From positions 32,001 through 96,000 of the forward strand of contig JBDRKI010000102.1 of NCBI GenBank assembly GCA_043814095.1: a stretch of DNA of 64,000 bases. Reading direction: 5' to 3'. Below, piece after piece: positions 1 through 12,114 of the stretch. Positions within the stretch are counted from its first letter, which is position 1, and each line of letters begins with the position of its first letter. The notes beneath the pieces were generated by a model. That model had not been told where the DNA came from, did no database searches, and was given only the letters and a program-made list of their open reading frames with translations. The DNA comes from Armatimonadota bacterium (GTDB lineage: Bacteria > Vulcanimicrobiota > JACPDS01 > JBDRKI01). Made by a program: the position numbers and the translations under genes.

Positions 1-62
1 AAATAAACTCCGCTTAAAGCTGGCAGGTACTTTAATTTTTGCTTGATTTTTTTATTTATCAT

Positions 63-1454
63 TTAACCTAGATTGTAATTGTCTATCAAATAATAAACGG
101 CTTCTATTAACTGGGCGTCATCATCTTTGCCGAGGTTGGTAGGATCCATTTTTACCGATATATTCGGTTTTATGCCTACGGAGTTTATATCTTTGCCGTC
201 GGGAGTAAAATAATGCGCCACGGTATATTTAATGGCGCTGTTATCCCTGAATTCGTGGATTTGCTGGACAGACGCTTTACCGAAAGACTGCTCGCCGATT
301 AACATGGCTTTTTTTGTGTCCTGGAGAGCTCCCGCTGTTATTTCCGAAGCGCTTGCGCTGTATTCATTAATAAGAATAACCACCGGAATATTAACACCGT
401 TCCTGCCGTCTGAATAATAGTTTTCTCTTAAATTAGTGCGTTCGTTTATAACAGACACTACAAGCGAACCTCTCGGCAGGAATTTACTGCATACATCCTT
501 GGCGGCGGTTATGTATCCTCCGCCGTTATTTCTGAGATCTAATATTAATGCCTGAGCTCCTTTTTCTTTTATTACTTCCAGTGCTTTATTGAATTCGTAA
601 TCCGTATTCTCGCCGAAATACCGCAGTTTTATATATCCTATCTTTTTATTTATCAGCTTGGCCTGTGCGCTCTTTACGTGAATTTTTTCGCGTATAATAA
701 CATATTTTTTTATCACGCCCTTGCGATCTACTGTTAAAACAACGGAAGACCCCATTTTTCCCCGTATTTTTTGCGCGGCCACCTCAATATCCATGCCCTT
801 GGTCGGTTCGTCATTTATTTTCAAAATAATGTCCCCGCTTTTTAATCCGGCTTTATACGCGGGGGTGTTTTCTATGGGTTCAATAACGGTAAGCTGATTG
901 TTATTTTTTTTGTCTGTCTGTATGTATATTCCGACCCCGCCGAAATTTCCCCCTGACATCTGTTCTTTTAATATTTTAAATTCGCCGGGAGTCATTAATA
1001 ATGTATAAGGATCATCATAAGGTGGCTTGGAAAGGATCTCCAGCATGCTGCTTATACACGCGTAAATAAATTTGGATTTATCAACAGACTCTTTATATTT
1101 ATCAAGCACGCTGTTGATTCTTTCGGAGAATATGTTCATGTTTTCCCGGGTATCATTCTGTTCGTTTAAAAGAGGTATCTCATCATCCTTAAGCTTTAAA
1201 ATCTCTTTAAGATATTTATTGCCTCCGCGTATTGCCTCATTTAAAAACTGATTGACATTGATGTCTTTTATGTAATCCGATTTCAGAAGTTTTACCGTGT
1301 ATAATATATCATTGGAATTTATTGAGCGGGCCTGAGCATGGACTTCATTGTACGCAAAATACGCGACAAACTGGAAAATAAGCAGAATAACCAGTACCAT
1401 GGATAATTTAAAGCTTAAAGAGTTATTTTTACGCATATTCCCGCTCCTTTTCAA
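63..1454 (-). CDS. ctpA: S41A carboxy-terminal processing protease (PDZ + peptidase), copy 2
   Basis: N-terminal hydrophobic anchor; GGVGI PDZ entry; DLRNNGGG; SASASEI catalytic Ser; FGKASVQ catalytic Lys; GIKP. Confidence 0.92.
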   Translation of the reverse strand: MKRSGNMRKNNSLSFKLSMVLVILLIFQFVAYFAYNEVHAQARSINSNDILYTVKLLKSDYIKDINVNQFLNEAIRGGNKYLKEILKLKDDEIPLLNEQNDTRENMNIFSERINSVLDKYKESVDKSKFIYACISSMLEILSKPPYDDPYTLLMTPGEFKILKEQMSGGNFGGVGIYIQTDKKNNNQLTVIEPIENTPAYKAGLKSGDIILKINDEPTKGMDIEVAAQKIRGKMGSSVVLTVDRKGVIKKYVIIREKIHVKSAQAKLINKKIGYIKLRYFGENTDYEFNKALEVIKEKGAQALILDLRNNGGGYITAAKDVCSKFLPRGSLVVSVINERTNLRENYYSDGRNGVNIPVVILINEYSASASEITAGALQDTKKAMLIGEQSFGKASVQQIHEFRDNSAIKYTVAHYFTPDGKDINSVGIKPNISVKMDPTNLGKDDDAQLIEAVYYLIDNYNLG

Positions 1455-1504
1455 CTTTTATATTTAAATACTTTGATAAAGTAACTTAAAGTCCTTGCGG
1501 AACT

Positions 1505-2851
1505 TTATTTATTTTTCAAAGCAACAGGTTCTATCTGCTTTTTTAATATTTTTATGGTTTCTTCAAGCTGGACATCGTGTTCGTTTAATATGTCATCTTC
1601 GGTAAATTTAATAACTATATCGGGTTCAATACCTATTTTATTGATATTTTTGCCTTCCGGAGTGCAGTAATAAGCGGTTGTAAGTTTTATGGCTCCTCCG
1701 TCGGGGCTGGGTATTATTCTCTGAACAGATGCTTTGCCGAATGTTTTTTCGCCGATAAGCGGCACATTTTTGCTTTTTAAGGCGGCTGCTGTTATTTCTG
1801 AGGCGCTAGCACTGTATCTGTTTACCAGAATAGCCATGGGCAGAACTTTTCTGGGATTCGGCATGGATTTATATTCATCCCTGGAAACTTTACGGCCTTC
1901 TATTGATGTAATCAGGGTGTTTGTCGGGAGGAATTTACTGCAGACCGAGACAGCCGTTTCTATATAACCGCCGCCGTTATTCCGCAGATCAAGGATATAT
2001 CCTTTTATATCATTGCTGTCAAAATAATTCAGGGCTTCTTCAAGTTCATAGGAAGTATCTTCCCCGAAAATATCCAGTTTTATATACCCTATGCTATCAT
2101 CAATTATTTTATAGCTTGCGGATTTAATATGAATAAGCGCCCGGGTTAAGGTTGCGTCAAAAGTTTTATCTTCTTTTTTCCTGTAAACGGTTATGTTTAC
2201 CGTAGATCCGACTTTGCCCCGTAAGAGGTTCTGAGCTCCTTCTATTGAGATGCCTTCTATGGATTTTCCGTTAACTTTTGTAATTACATCTCCGGATGCA
2301 AGACCTGCCTTTTCCGCAGGAGTACCTTCAAGCGGCCTTACTACGGTTAAGGCGTTGTTATTATCCGGGTCAAGTTCAATAGCTACGCCTAAACCTCCGA
2401 AATTGCCGCCTTCCATCTGTTCAATAAGCAGTTTGTATTCTTTCGGCGTCATATATTTTGAAAACTGATCGCCTAAAGAATCAACGATACCGCTTATGAC
2501 CACATCCGTTATATCCTGATATTTTAAATCTTTGTTCTCGTTAACTGCCGTATTTATATATTCTTTTAAGATTTTGACCTGAGCTTCACTCCCTGTATTT
2601 TTATCTAAATCTTTTATGTACGAGTAATCTTTCTTATGGAGTGTAAGATATTTCTTAAGGGCGGATATGCCGTTGTTTATAAGTTCCAGCTGGTCTACTT
2701 CCGTAACATAATTATTTTTTACGATTTCTATCGTATAATTGATTGATTTAAAATTTTGATCCTGCGCGGAATATGTTATTCCACCGGAAAAAATTAACGC
2801 GACAAAAATAATTAAAAAGAAGGCGGCTGTTTTAGATGCTGTTTTATACAT
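1505..2851 (-). CDS. ctpA: S41A carboxy-terminal processing protease, copy 1
   Basis: Signal peptide; GGLGV PDZ; DLRNNGGG, SASASEI, FGKASVQ, GIEPD motifs. Confidence 0.92.
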   Translation of the reverse strand: MYKTASKTAAFFLIIFVALIFSGGITYSAQDQNFKSINYTIEIVKNNYVTEVDQLELINNGISALKKYLTLHKKDYSYIKDLDKNTGSEAQVKILKEYINTAVNENKDLKYQDITDVVISGIVDSLGDQFSKYMTPKEYKLLIEQMEGGNFGGLGVAIELDPDNNNALTVVRPLEGTPAEKAGLASGDVITKVNGKSIEGISIEGAQNLLRGKVGSTVNITVYRKKEDKTFDATLTRALIHIKSASYKIIDDSIGYIKLDIFGEDTSYELEEALNYFDSNDIKGYILDLRNNGGGYIETAVSVCSKFLPTNTLITSIEGRKVSRDEYKSMPNPRKVLPMAILVNRYSASASEITAAALKSKNVPLIGEKTFGKASVQRIIPSPDGGAIKLTTAYYCTPEGKNINKIGIEPDIVIKFTEDDILNEHDVQLEETIKILKKQIEPVALKNK

Positions 2852-3028
2852 AAATTATTCCTCTTTTCTTATTTCCCGACAAAATATTACTAATATATTT
2901 ATTAGTAGTATATTATACTTATTTATTTCCAATTTTATTCTAACATATAAATATAAAGTACAGTATAGTCCTTTAGACCTATTTTGAAGTAACTGAAAAA
3001 TTCTTAAAAATAAGAATTTCATTAAAAA

Positions 3029-4231
3029 TCACAATTTACTTCTCGGGTTAATAGGAGTGCCGTTCTGTCTTATTTCAAAGTGAAGGTGAGGCCCTGTGCT
3101 CTGGCCTGTGCTTCCTATATTAGCGATATGCTGGCCTCTTGCAACCCTCTGCCCGCATTTTTTATATAATGCCGAGCAGTGTCCGTAAAGGGTGGAGTAT
3201 CCGCCTCCGTGATCTATAATCATGGCATATCCGTATCCGCCGTACCAGCCTGAAAATATTACGACCCCGTCGCACGCGGCGTATATCGGAGCGCCGTATC
3301 CCGCCGCTATGTCAATACCCGAGTGAAATCTTACCCTGCCGTAAATTGGATGGGTTCTCCATCCGAAAGGGGATGTGATATATTTTGAGCTTGTGGGCCA
3401 TGAAAATTTCCCCGACGCGGCGTAAGGCGAAGTCACCTTATTCTTAATATTAGCTCTCTGGCGTTCCCTGATCAGCTGTTCAAGCTGGGCTTCCAGCTGT
3501 CTTGTGGAATGTTCAAGCTCTACGACATAATTCTGGACGGACCTTCTTTGCTGGGTTACTTCCCAGAGAAGATTTTTCCGCTGTCTTTCTATGCTTGTTA
3601 ATTCTTTTTCTTTGCTGTAAAGCTCGTGTTTAAGCGCTAATTTTTCTTTTATTACGGCTTCGTATCTTGCTTTTTGTTTGTTTTTCTCTTCCTGGACGTT
3701 CTGTATCCTTTTAAGAATGGCCGCTTCATTATTAATGATATCCCTTAGCTGTTCGGACCGGGTTAAAAAATCATTAAAGCTGGCGGAACCTAAAAGGATG
3801 GAAAGGTAGTCCACATCGCGTGTTTCATAAATATCGCGTATGCGCGTGCTTAATGAGAGCTCTTTCTGGTCTTCGGCCTGCTCAAGGTTTTCCAGCCTTT
3901 GTTTTACCTGTTCTAAAACACGCTTGTTTGCGTCAAGCTGTATTTTAACATGCTCTATATCTTTATTGACCCTGTTTAACCTGTACTGGGCGCTTGCGAG
4001 CTGGTCGGCAAGGAAATCTTCTCTTGAGTTTAATTTGCGCAGCTGCTGGCGTTTAATATCAAGGTATTTTTTCTTTTCTTTTATCTGCTGGTTTTTTTGT
4101 TTTATTTTACTCTCAATCGCGTCTTTCTTGCTCGCGGCGTAACAGAAGCAAAAAAGATTGACAAATATAAATGCTGAAAATATCAGCAAAAGTATGATTA
4201 TTTTTTTGTAATTAAATTTTGAATTCTTCAT
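3029..4231 (-). CDS. Coiled-coil + M23 peptidase (EnvC/CwlO-type FtsEX partner)
   Basis: Signal/TM segment, long coiled coil, M23 motifs HSGID, YGH, STGPHLHFEIR; directly downstream of ftsX. Confidence 0.9.
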   Translation of the reverse strand: MKNSKFNYKKIIILLLIFSAFIFVNLFCFCYAASKKDAIESKIKQKNQQIKEKKKYLDIKRQQLRKLNSREDFLADQLASAQYRLNRVNKDIEHVKIQLDANKRVLEQVKQRLENLEQAEDQKELSLSTRIRDIYETRDVDYLSILLGSASFNDFLTRSEQLRDIINNEAAILKRIQNVQEEKNKQKARYEAVIKEKLALKHELYSKEKELTSIERQRKNLLWEVTQQRRSVQNYVVELEHSTRQLEAQLEQLIRERQRANIKNKVTSPYAASGKFSWPTSSKYITSPFGWRTHPIYGRVRFHSGIDIAAGYGAPIYAACDGVVIFSGWYGGYGYAMIIDHGGGYSTLYGHCSALYKKCGQRVARGQHIANIGSTGQSTGPHLHFEIRQNGTPINPRSKL

Positions 4232-4243
4232 AGTTACAATCGT

Positions 4244-5125
4244 TTACAGATGTAAAAATTTATTCACGGAAATAAAGCTGCCGATTGCTCCTACAATTAT
4301 TCCCACACAGGTAAGCACAATGGAAAGCTGTGTAATTATAATAGAGGAATGGATAAGCGGTATAAACGGCAGCTGCTGGTGGAACTGGTGGGCAAGCTCC
4401 GGATATGTCAGGGACATTATGACAATTGCTATAATTGCCCCTATAAATCCCTGGAGAATGCCTTCTATAATAAACGGCCACCTTATAAACCAGTTAGCGG
4501 CGCCTACCAGCTGCATTATCCTTATCTCCCTGCTTCTTGCAAAGACGGTTAATCTTATCGTATTACTTACAACAAGTACGTTAACGATAACAAGAAGCAG
4601 TATAATAAAAGAACCTGCGATCTTTATCGCTTTATCAAGCTTTATTATGTTTTCGGTGAAACCCTCACCGTAGTTAACTTTTTCCGTGCCCTGTATTTTT
4701 TCTATTAATAAAGCGGTATCCTTTATCTTGTCTTTATCCTTTACCTTGATTTTAAAATAGTTCGGCAGGGGATTATATTTTAAACTTACAAGGTTTACTT
4801 TCTGGACCAATCTTTCCTGGAGTTCAGAAAGCGCGTGATCTTTACTCACAAAGGAGATTGACGATATATTAGGGAGCCCTTTAAGTTCATTGCGTATTCT
4901 TGTTATATCCGCGGGGGTTACTTGTTTATCAAGCCTTACGGTTATCTCCAGCTGTTCTAAGACAGTTGTGGTTAAAAGACTGTTTAGATTCCATATGAGG
5001 ATTAAAAACACACCCAGACTTATAAGCAGTATAAGGATATTGGATATACACGCAAGGTTCATAAGGGGGTTTCTCTGCATGTTCAGCTTTACTTCTCTGA
5101 AAAAATAATTTGCTCCGTAACTCAT
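4244..5125 (-). CDS. ftsX: Cell division permease FtsX
   Basis: Four TM segments; NTIRLTVFARSREIRIMQLVGA...IRWPFIIEG signature; follows ftsE. Confidence 0.95.
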   Translation of the reverse strand: MSYGANYFFREVKLNMQRNPLMNLACISNILILLISLGVFLILIWNLNSLLTTTVLEQLEITVRLDKQVTPADITRIRNELKGLPNISSISFVSKDHALSELQERLVQKVNLVSLKYNPLPNYFKIKVKDKDKIKDTALLIEKIQGTEKVNYGEGFTENIIKLDKAIKIAGSFIILLLVIVNVLVVSNTIRLTVFARSREIRIMQLVGAANWFIRWPFIIEGILQGFIGAIIAIVIMSLTYPELAHQFHQQLPFIPLIHSSIIITQLSIVLTCVGIIVGAIGSFISVNKFLHL

Positions 5126-5130
5126 AACAC

Positions 5131-5868
5131 CTACTCAAATATTAATTTTAGATTTTCATATTTATTGTTTGCTTTAGGATCAAATCCTTCCGTTGAATAA
5201 GAACTTCTCTCCTGGTCATCGGTAATTCTGCCAGAAGTTATCGTTACTACTCTTTTTTTCATGAAATCAACAATATCACGGTCATGCGTTGCAATTAATA
5301 CAGTTGTTCCTTTTGAGTTTATCCTCTCAAGCAGCATTATAATCTCGCGGGAGGTTACCGGATCAAGATTTCCCGTCGGCTCGTCCGCGATCAGTATAAG
5401 GGGGTGGTTAACAAGCGCCCTTGCTATTGATATGCGCTGGCTCTCCCCTCCGGAAAGCTCGGTAGGGAATGCTTTATGTTTATCACTTAACCCCACAAGG
5501 TCAAGAGTATGCCTTACAGCCTTATCAATCTGGAATTTAGGAGTACCTATAACCTCAAGCGCGTAAGCCACATTCTCATAAACGGTTTTTTGCGGGAGAA
5601 GTTTAAAATCCTGGAATACAACACCTATGCTTCTTCTTAAGTAAGGCACCCTGTTTTTCTTTAAGGTAACTACATCCTGGTTGTTCACATATATATGGCC
5701 TGATGTGGGAAGCATATCCCTGTAGATAAGCTTAAGGATGGATGATTTTCCCGCGGCAGTTGAGCCCACTATAAAAACAAACTCTCCCTTGTCAACGGAG
5801 AAGCTAATGTCTTCAAGCGCTTTTACGCCGTTAGGGTATATAAGGTTTACATTCTCAAAGCGGATCAT
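5131..5868 (-). CDS. ftsE: Cell division ATP-binding protein FtsE
   Basis: Walker A GSTAAGKS, PYLRRSIGVVFQDFKLL, LSGGE, ADEPTGNLD. Confidence 0.95.
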   Translation of the reverse strand: MIRFENVNLIYPNGVKALEDISFSVDKGEFVFIVGSTAAGKSSILKLIYRDMLPTSGHIYVNNQDVVTLKKNRVPYLRRSIGVVFQDFKLLPQKTVYENVAYALEVIGTPKFQIDKAVRHTLDLVGLSDKHKAFPTELSGGESQRISIARALVNHPLILIADEPTGNLDPVTSREIIMLLERINSKGTTVLIATHDRDIVDFMKKRVVTITSGRITDDQERSSYSTEGFDPKANNKYENLKLIFE

Positions 5869-5897
5869 AATATTTTACCTTTCATTTATATATTATA

Positions 5898-6992
5898 TCA
5901 TTTTAACAAGTCCATAACAATTTCATTGTTTTTACAGGCTTTCTTTTTCAATGAAGATACATTTTCCTTTAAATTTTTCTTAACCTGTTCATTATTCTTC
6001 AATAAGTAATCAAATTTTTCATCCATTAAATTCAGTTCCATTCTCTTTATATCCACACTGGGCAGGTTCATAAGTTCAAAAAAGCTCTTAACCTTGGGAT
6101 CATATATAATTCCCAAAGAAGGGATACTGTTAACCGCACCCATTATTGCCGCATGGAGTCTCATTGCAGCCATATAATTAAAATTAGAAATTAAACTTAA
6201 TAACTGCAAAGTAGATAATTTCTCATTTATCACAATTGCGTCAAAGACAAGTTTTTCTTTAAGTTTTAAGCACTGTTCAAGATCAGTACTTAACTGGAAG
6301 GGCAGTAAGTACTGTTTTATATCCGGATATTTTTTATTGATATTATTCAAAAAAGAAGCAAGTTTATCCAGATAATCAACACCCCAGGGCCTTACGGCTA
6401 TACCCAGGTTAACATTATCTTTATTTATATCATACTTACTTAAAATGTTAGTTATATCTGTTTGTCCTTCAAGCATAAGCACAGGATCCGCGGTAACTTC
6501 TATTAACTTTTCATTTAGTCCCAGGTTTAATAAAAGCTCCTTAGAAGCTTCATCCCTTACCGTGATATAATCAACCCTGTTTAAGGTTTCAGATGTAAGT
6601 TTTTTGCCTTCATCAGTATCAACAGGGCCTATGCCCTGAGCGTATACCATAACTTTTTTCCTGAAAAGCTTGGCAAGATTTATCAGGTTTAAATAATATC
6701 TTATGCTTCTTACGCTTGTTATATCCTGTATTAAGCCCCCGCCTCCGCTTATAAACAATGTTGTAGTAAACATGGCTTTTAATATTGAAAAATAATTCTT
6801 CCTGTTAACAAAATTTACATTATAATCAGATAATTCATCTATCTTACCGTTAGATAATACGGATATACCCGCTTCAGGCATGAGTTTCCTGAATGAAGTT
6901 ACCATACTATATAATATGGCTTCATCACCTGCATTACCGAACCCGTAAAATCCCGATATTAATATATTCTTATTTTTATAAGTATTATCCAT
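5898..6992 (-). CDS. csaB: Polysaccharide pyruvyl transferase CsaB
   Basis: GFYGFGNAGDEAIL, SGGGGLIQD.TS, AQGIGP, TVRD, ADPV, MRLHA, YDPKV. Confidence 0.9.
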   Translation of the reverse strand: MDNTYKNKNILISGFYGFGNAGDEAILYSMVTSFRKLMPEAGISVLSNGKIDELSDYNVNFVNRKNYFSILKAMFTTTLFISGGGGLIQDITSVRSIRYYLNLINLAKLFRKKVMVYAQGIGPVDTDEGKKLTSETLNRVDYITVRDEASKELLLNLGLNEKLIEVTADPVLMLEGQTDITNILSKYDINKDNVNLGIAVRPWGVDYLDKLASFLNNINKKYPDIKQYLLPFQLSTDLEQCLKLKEKLVFDAIVINEKLSTLQLLSLISNFNYMAAMRLHAAIMGAVNSIPSLGIIYDPKVKSFFELMNLPSVDIKRMELNLMDEKFDYLLKNNEQVKKNLKENVSSLKKKACKNNEIVMDLLK

Positions 6993-7003
6993 AATTTAAG
7001 AGA

Positions 7004-7028
7004 ATTCTATAAAAAACAGAGTTACCCT
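7004..7028 (-). promoter_or_regulatory. Sigma-H-like promoter for csaB-ftsEX
   Basis: Minus strand AGGG(7028-7025)-N17-GAAT(7007-7004). Confidence 0.5.
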
Positions 7029-7044
7029 TCCTTGCCTTGCGGGC

Positions 7045-7073
7045 TTGACCTTATGACTCATAAATGATACACT
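7045..7073 (+). promoter_or_regulatory. Sigma-70 promoter of the RelE-type TA operon with palindromic operator
   Basis: TTGACC-N17-TACACT with extended-10 TG; perfect palindrome TTATGA-C-TCATAA (7051-7063) in the spacer. Confidence 0.65.
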
Positions 7074-7113
7074 AATAGTGGGACATATATGCATCACTAG
7101 GAGGTTTGTAAAT

Positions 7114-7377
7114 ATGGCTGTCAGGAAAAATAGAATTCCCGTAACATTAGAATCTGTATTATATGAATGGATATTAAGTGAAGCCAAGAGACAGGGTATT
7201 TCCATTTCCCAGGCAATTAGAGATGCCGTAAAGCTTGCATATGAATGGTCTGCCACATTTGAAGTGCTTTCAAGCGAAGAACTTACATTACAGCTCCAGC
7301 AGAGCGGCAAAGGTTCTGCAAAACATTATGTGCCTTTTGATGAGGTAAAGCGTGATGTATACCGCCGTTCTAAGTAA
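7114..7377 (+). CDS. Ribbon-helix-helix antitoxin (type II TA)
   Basis: GGAGG RBS before ATG 7114; RIPVTL beta strand plus two helices (EAKRQGISISQAIRDAV); overlaps the downstream RelE-like gene. Confidence 0.75.
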   Translation: MAVRKNRIPVTLESVLYEWILSEAKRQGISISQAIRDAVKLAYEWSATFEVLSSEELTLQLQQSGKGSAKHYVPFDEVKRDVYRRSK

Positions 7378-7612
7378 GCCGTCTGCAAAATATTTGGAAA
7401 ATTTGCCGTTAAAGCAGGCTGAATTAATAATTGATAAGGTTGAAGATCTGCGGAGGGAACCTTTTCAAAATTCAATTTCTCTACAGGGACCCTTAAGAGA
7501 TTTAAGAAGATCAAAAGCTGGAAAATTCAGGATAATATTTGAATTGGTTGAAAGTAAAAAAGAAATAATAATAAAAGCTATCGGACCAAGAGGCGACATA
7601 TATAAAAGATAA
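7352..7612 (+). CDS. RelE/ParE family toxin
   Basis: 86 aa, basic; AKYLENL, LQGPLRDLRRSKAGKFRIIF, IGPRGDIYK C-terminus typical of RelE/StbE. Confidence 0.88.
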   Translation: MMYTAVLSKPSAKYLENLPLKQAELIIDKVEDLRREPFQNSISLQGPLRDLRRSKAGKFRIIFELVESKKEIIIKAIGPRGDIYKR

Positions 7613-7631
7613 ATAATAAATATTGAGGATT

Positions 7632-7669
7632 ATATAGAAACACCCGGATAATTCCGGGTGTTTCTATAT
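7632..7669 (+). terminator. Intrinsic terminator hairpin after the TA operon
   Basis: Perfect 17-bp inverted repeat ATATAGAAACACCCGGA-TAAT-TCCGGGTGTTTCTATAT. Confidence 0.8.
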
Positions 7670-7758
7670 TTATTATCATATAAAAGGGAAGAGAAAAGAA
7701 CTATAGAAATATCAGGTAGCAAATGGTAGAATTAATATAAAATATATTTGGAGATGTT

Positions 7759-10056
7759 ATGGATTATTCGAAGCAATTAAATGATAAACAATCAGAAGCC
7801 GTATTATATAAGGATTCCCCTTTGCTTATACTCGCGGGGGCGGGTTCGGGGAAAACAAGGGTATTAACCTATAAAATGGCATACCTTATAAGTGAATGCG
7901 GTTTCTCTCCTGACAGCATATTAGGTGTTACATTTACCAATAAAGCCGCGAACGAGATGAAAGACAGGGTGGCCCGTCTTTTAGGCACAAGACGTCCTTT
8001 GTGGGTAAGCACTTTCCATTCGGCTTGCGTGAGAATACTCAGGCGCGATATTGATAAACTTGAGTTTGGTAAAAACTTCATTATATATGATGAACAGGAT
8101 AAACAGTTAAAGATAAAAGAGATTATAAAAAGACTTAATATAGATGATAAAAGAATTACTCCGGGGAGCGTTATATCAGCCATAAGCCAGGCAAAGAACG
8201 GCAAGATAGACCCCGGCCAGTATGCAAGAAGCGCGGATGATTTTTTTACAAGGTTAATAGCAGAGATCTATACAGAATATGAGAAAGACTTGAAAAAAGA
8301 TAATGCTCTTGATTTTGACGATCTTTTATTAAAAACAGTGGAGCTTTTTGAGAAACATCCTGACGTGTTAGGTGTTTACCAGAATAAATTTAAGTATATC
8401 CTTGTTGATGAATACCAGGATATAAATCATATACAGTACCTGCTCGTGAAGTATCTTTCAGATAAACATAAAAACATATGTGTTGTGGGCGATGATGATC
8501 AGAGCATATACGCTTTCCGCGGGGCCGATGTTTCAATAATACTGCAGTTTGAGAAAGATTTTCCCAGCGCTAAAGTCGTTAAACTTGAACAGAATTACAG
8601 ATCAACTAAAACCATACTGGAGTCCGCAAACAGCCTTGTAAAGTATAACTCCGGAAGAAAGCCGAAAAAACTATGGACCCGGAACGAAGACGGCGACCTT
8701 ATAACCGAATACTGCGCTTTTAACGAATCCGATGAAGCAAGGTATGTGATAAATAAGATTAAGGCTCTCTGCTCGGAGGGGGAGTATTCCCTGCGGGATT
8801 TTGCTGTTCTTTACAGGACAAATGCCCAGTCAAGAGCGCTGGAAGAGTTTCTTCTCTCAAGCGGGCTTGCTTATAAAATTGTGGGCGGGGTAAGGTTTTA
8901 TGAAAGAAGAGAGGTTAAAGACCTTATAGCATATCTAAGGATTTGCTATAACCCCCATGACAGCGTAAGCATAAAAAGGGTTATTAATACTCCTTCCCGG
9001 GGAATAGGCAAAACCACTTTAGAGAAAATTTATAGATATTCGGCTGATAATAATATAAGCAGTTATGATACATTAACACAGATAGATAATGTTAATATAC
9101 AGAACGGCACGAAATTAAAGATAAAAGAATTCCTGAATATAATAAGCAAGATGAGAGAAGAAGTAAAAGGCCTTTCCTTAAGCGATACAGTAAGGACCGT
9201 TCTTTCCGTAAGCGGTTTAAGGATATTTTTCCTCCAGGATAATACCGCTGATTCCATAACGAGAGTTGAAAACCTTGATGAATTTATATCCGTCGCCTGC
9301 GAGAGCGAGAAAAAGATGGAAACTCCTAATTTAGAAAACTTTCTCGCGGAGATAGCCCTTTTTACCGATATTGATAATTACAGCGAAAATGAAGAAGTGA
9401 TAACGCTTATGACCCTTCACTGCTCCAAGGGGCTTGAGTTTCCCGTTGTGTTTATCGTGGGGCTTGAAGAAGGGGTCTTTCCTCATGCAAGGAGCTTATT
9501 CTCCGCATATGAGCTTGAAGAGGAAAGAAGGCTGTGTTATGTGGGTATAACGCGCGCGGGTAAGAGACTCTATCTTACGCACGCGAAAGACAGAACTATT
9601 TTCGGGTCTATGATTTTAAGGGACAGGTCAAGATTCTTGGACGAGATAGATCCTGATTTTATACTGAATGAGACACCTCAGAAAAAACAGGTTGATAAAG
9701 ATATTTACATAGACAGATCCATTTATGATTCTGATGAAGATACCGTAACATATGAGTTCAGGAAAGGACAGACCGTAATGCACCATCTCTGGGGCAAAGG
9801 AAAAGTTACCGATACAGAAGACGAAGAGATAACCGTAGAATTTAAAAAGCTGGGCGTAAAGGTTATTCTTGCCGAGTATCTTAAACCCGTGGATACAGGT
9901 GATGATTCTTTATCCGAAAGCTACACCGATGCCGGCATAGGGGATAAGATTGTATCTGAGGAGTTCGGCAGCGGTGTTGTTTTAAGCAAGGATGATTTAA
10001 AAATAATCGCGACATTTCCCGGGCTGGGAAACAGGGAGATAGCTTTAAAGGATTAG
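7759..10056 (+). CDS. pcrA: ATP-dependent DNA helicase PcrA/UvrD
   Basis: AGAGSGKT, TFTNKAA, DEYQD, VGDDDQSIYAFRGA, QNYRST, TLHCSKGLEFP, EEERRLCYVGITRA. Confidence 0.96.
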   Translation: MDYSKQLNDKQSEAVLYKDSPLLILAGAGSGKTRVLTYKMAYLISECGFSPDSILGVTFTNKAANEMKDRVARLLGTRRPLWVSTFHSACVRILRRDIDKLEFGKNFIIYDEQDKQLKIKEIIKRLNIDDKRITPGSVISAISQAKNGKIDPGQYARSADDFFTRLIAEIYTEYEKDLKKDNALDFDDLLLKTVELFEKHPDVLGVYQNKFKYILVDEYQDINHIQYLLVKYLSDKHKNICVVGDDDQSIYAFRGADVSIILQFEKDFPSAKVVKLEQNYRSTKTILESANSLVKYNSGRKPKKLWTRNEDGDLITEYCAFNESDEARYVINKIKALCSEGEYSLRDFAVLYRTNAQSRALEEFLLSSGLAYKIVGGVRFYERREVKDLIAYLRICYNPHDSVSIKRVINTPSRGIGKTTLEKIYRYSADNNISSYDTLTQIDNVNIQNGTKLKIKEFLNIISKMREEVKGLSLSDTVRTVLSVSGLRIFFLQDNTADSITRVENLDEFISVACESEKKMETPNLENFLAEIALFTDIDNYSENEEVITLMTLHCSKGLEFPVVFIVGLEEGVFPHARSLFSAYELEEERRLCYVGITRAGKRLYLTHAKDRTIFGSMILRDRSRFLDEIDPDFILNETPQKKQVDKDIYIDRSIYDSDEDTVTYEFRKGQTVMHHLWGKGKVTDTEDEEITVEFKKLGVKVILAEYLKPVDTGDDSLSESYTDAGIGDKIVSEEFGSGVVLSKDDLKIIATFPGLGNREIALKD

Positions 10057-12063
<2,007 letters not shown>

Positions 12064-12079
12064 TGGATAAGAACTTGGA

Positions 12080-12104
12080 AGGGAATAATTTTAATGTAAA
12101 GAAT
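12080..12104 (+). promoter_or_regulatory. Sigma-H-like promoter
   Basis: AGGG(12080-83)-N17-GAAT(12101-04). Confidence 0.45.
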
Positions 12105-12114
12105 CAAGGTGAAT

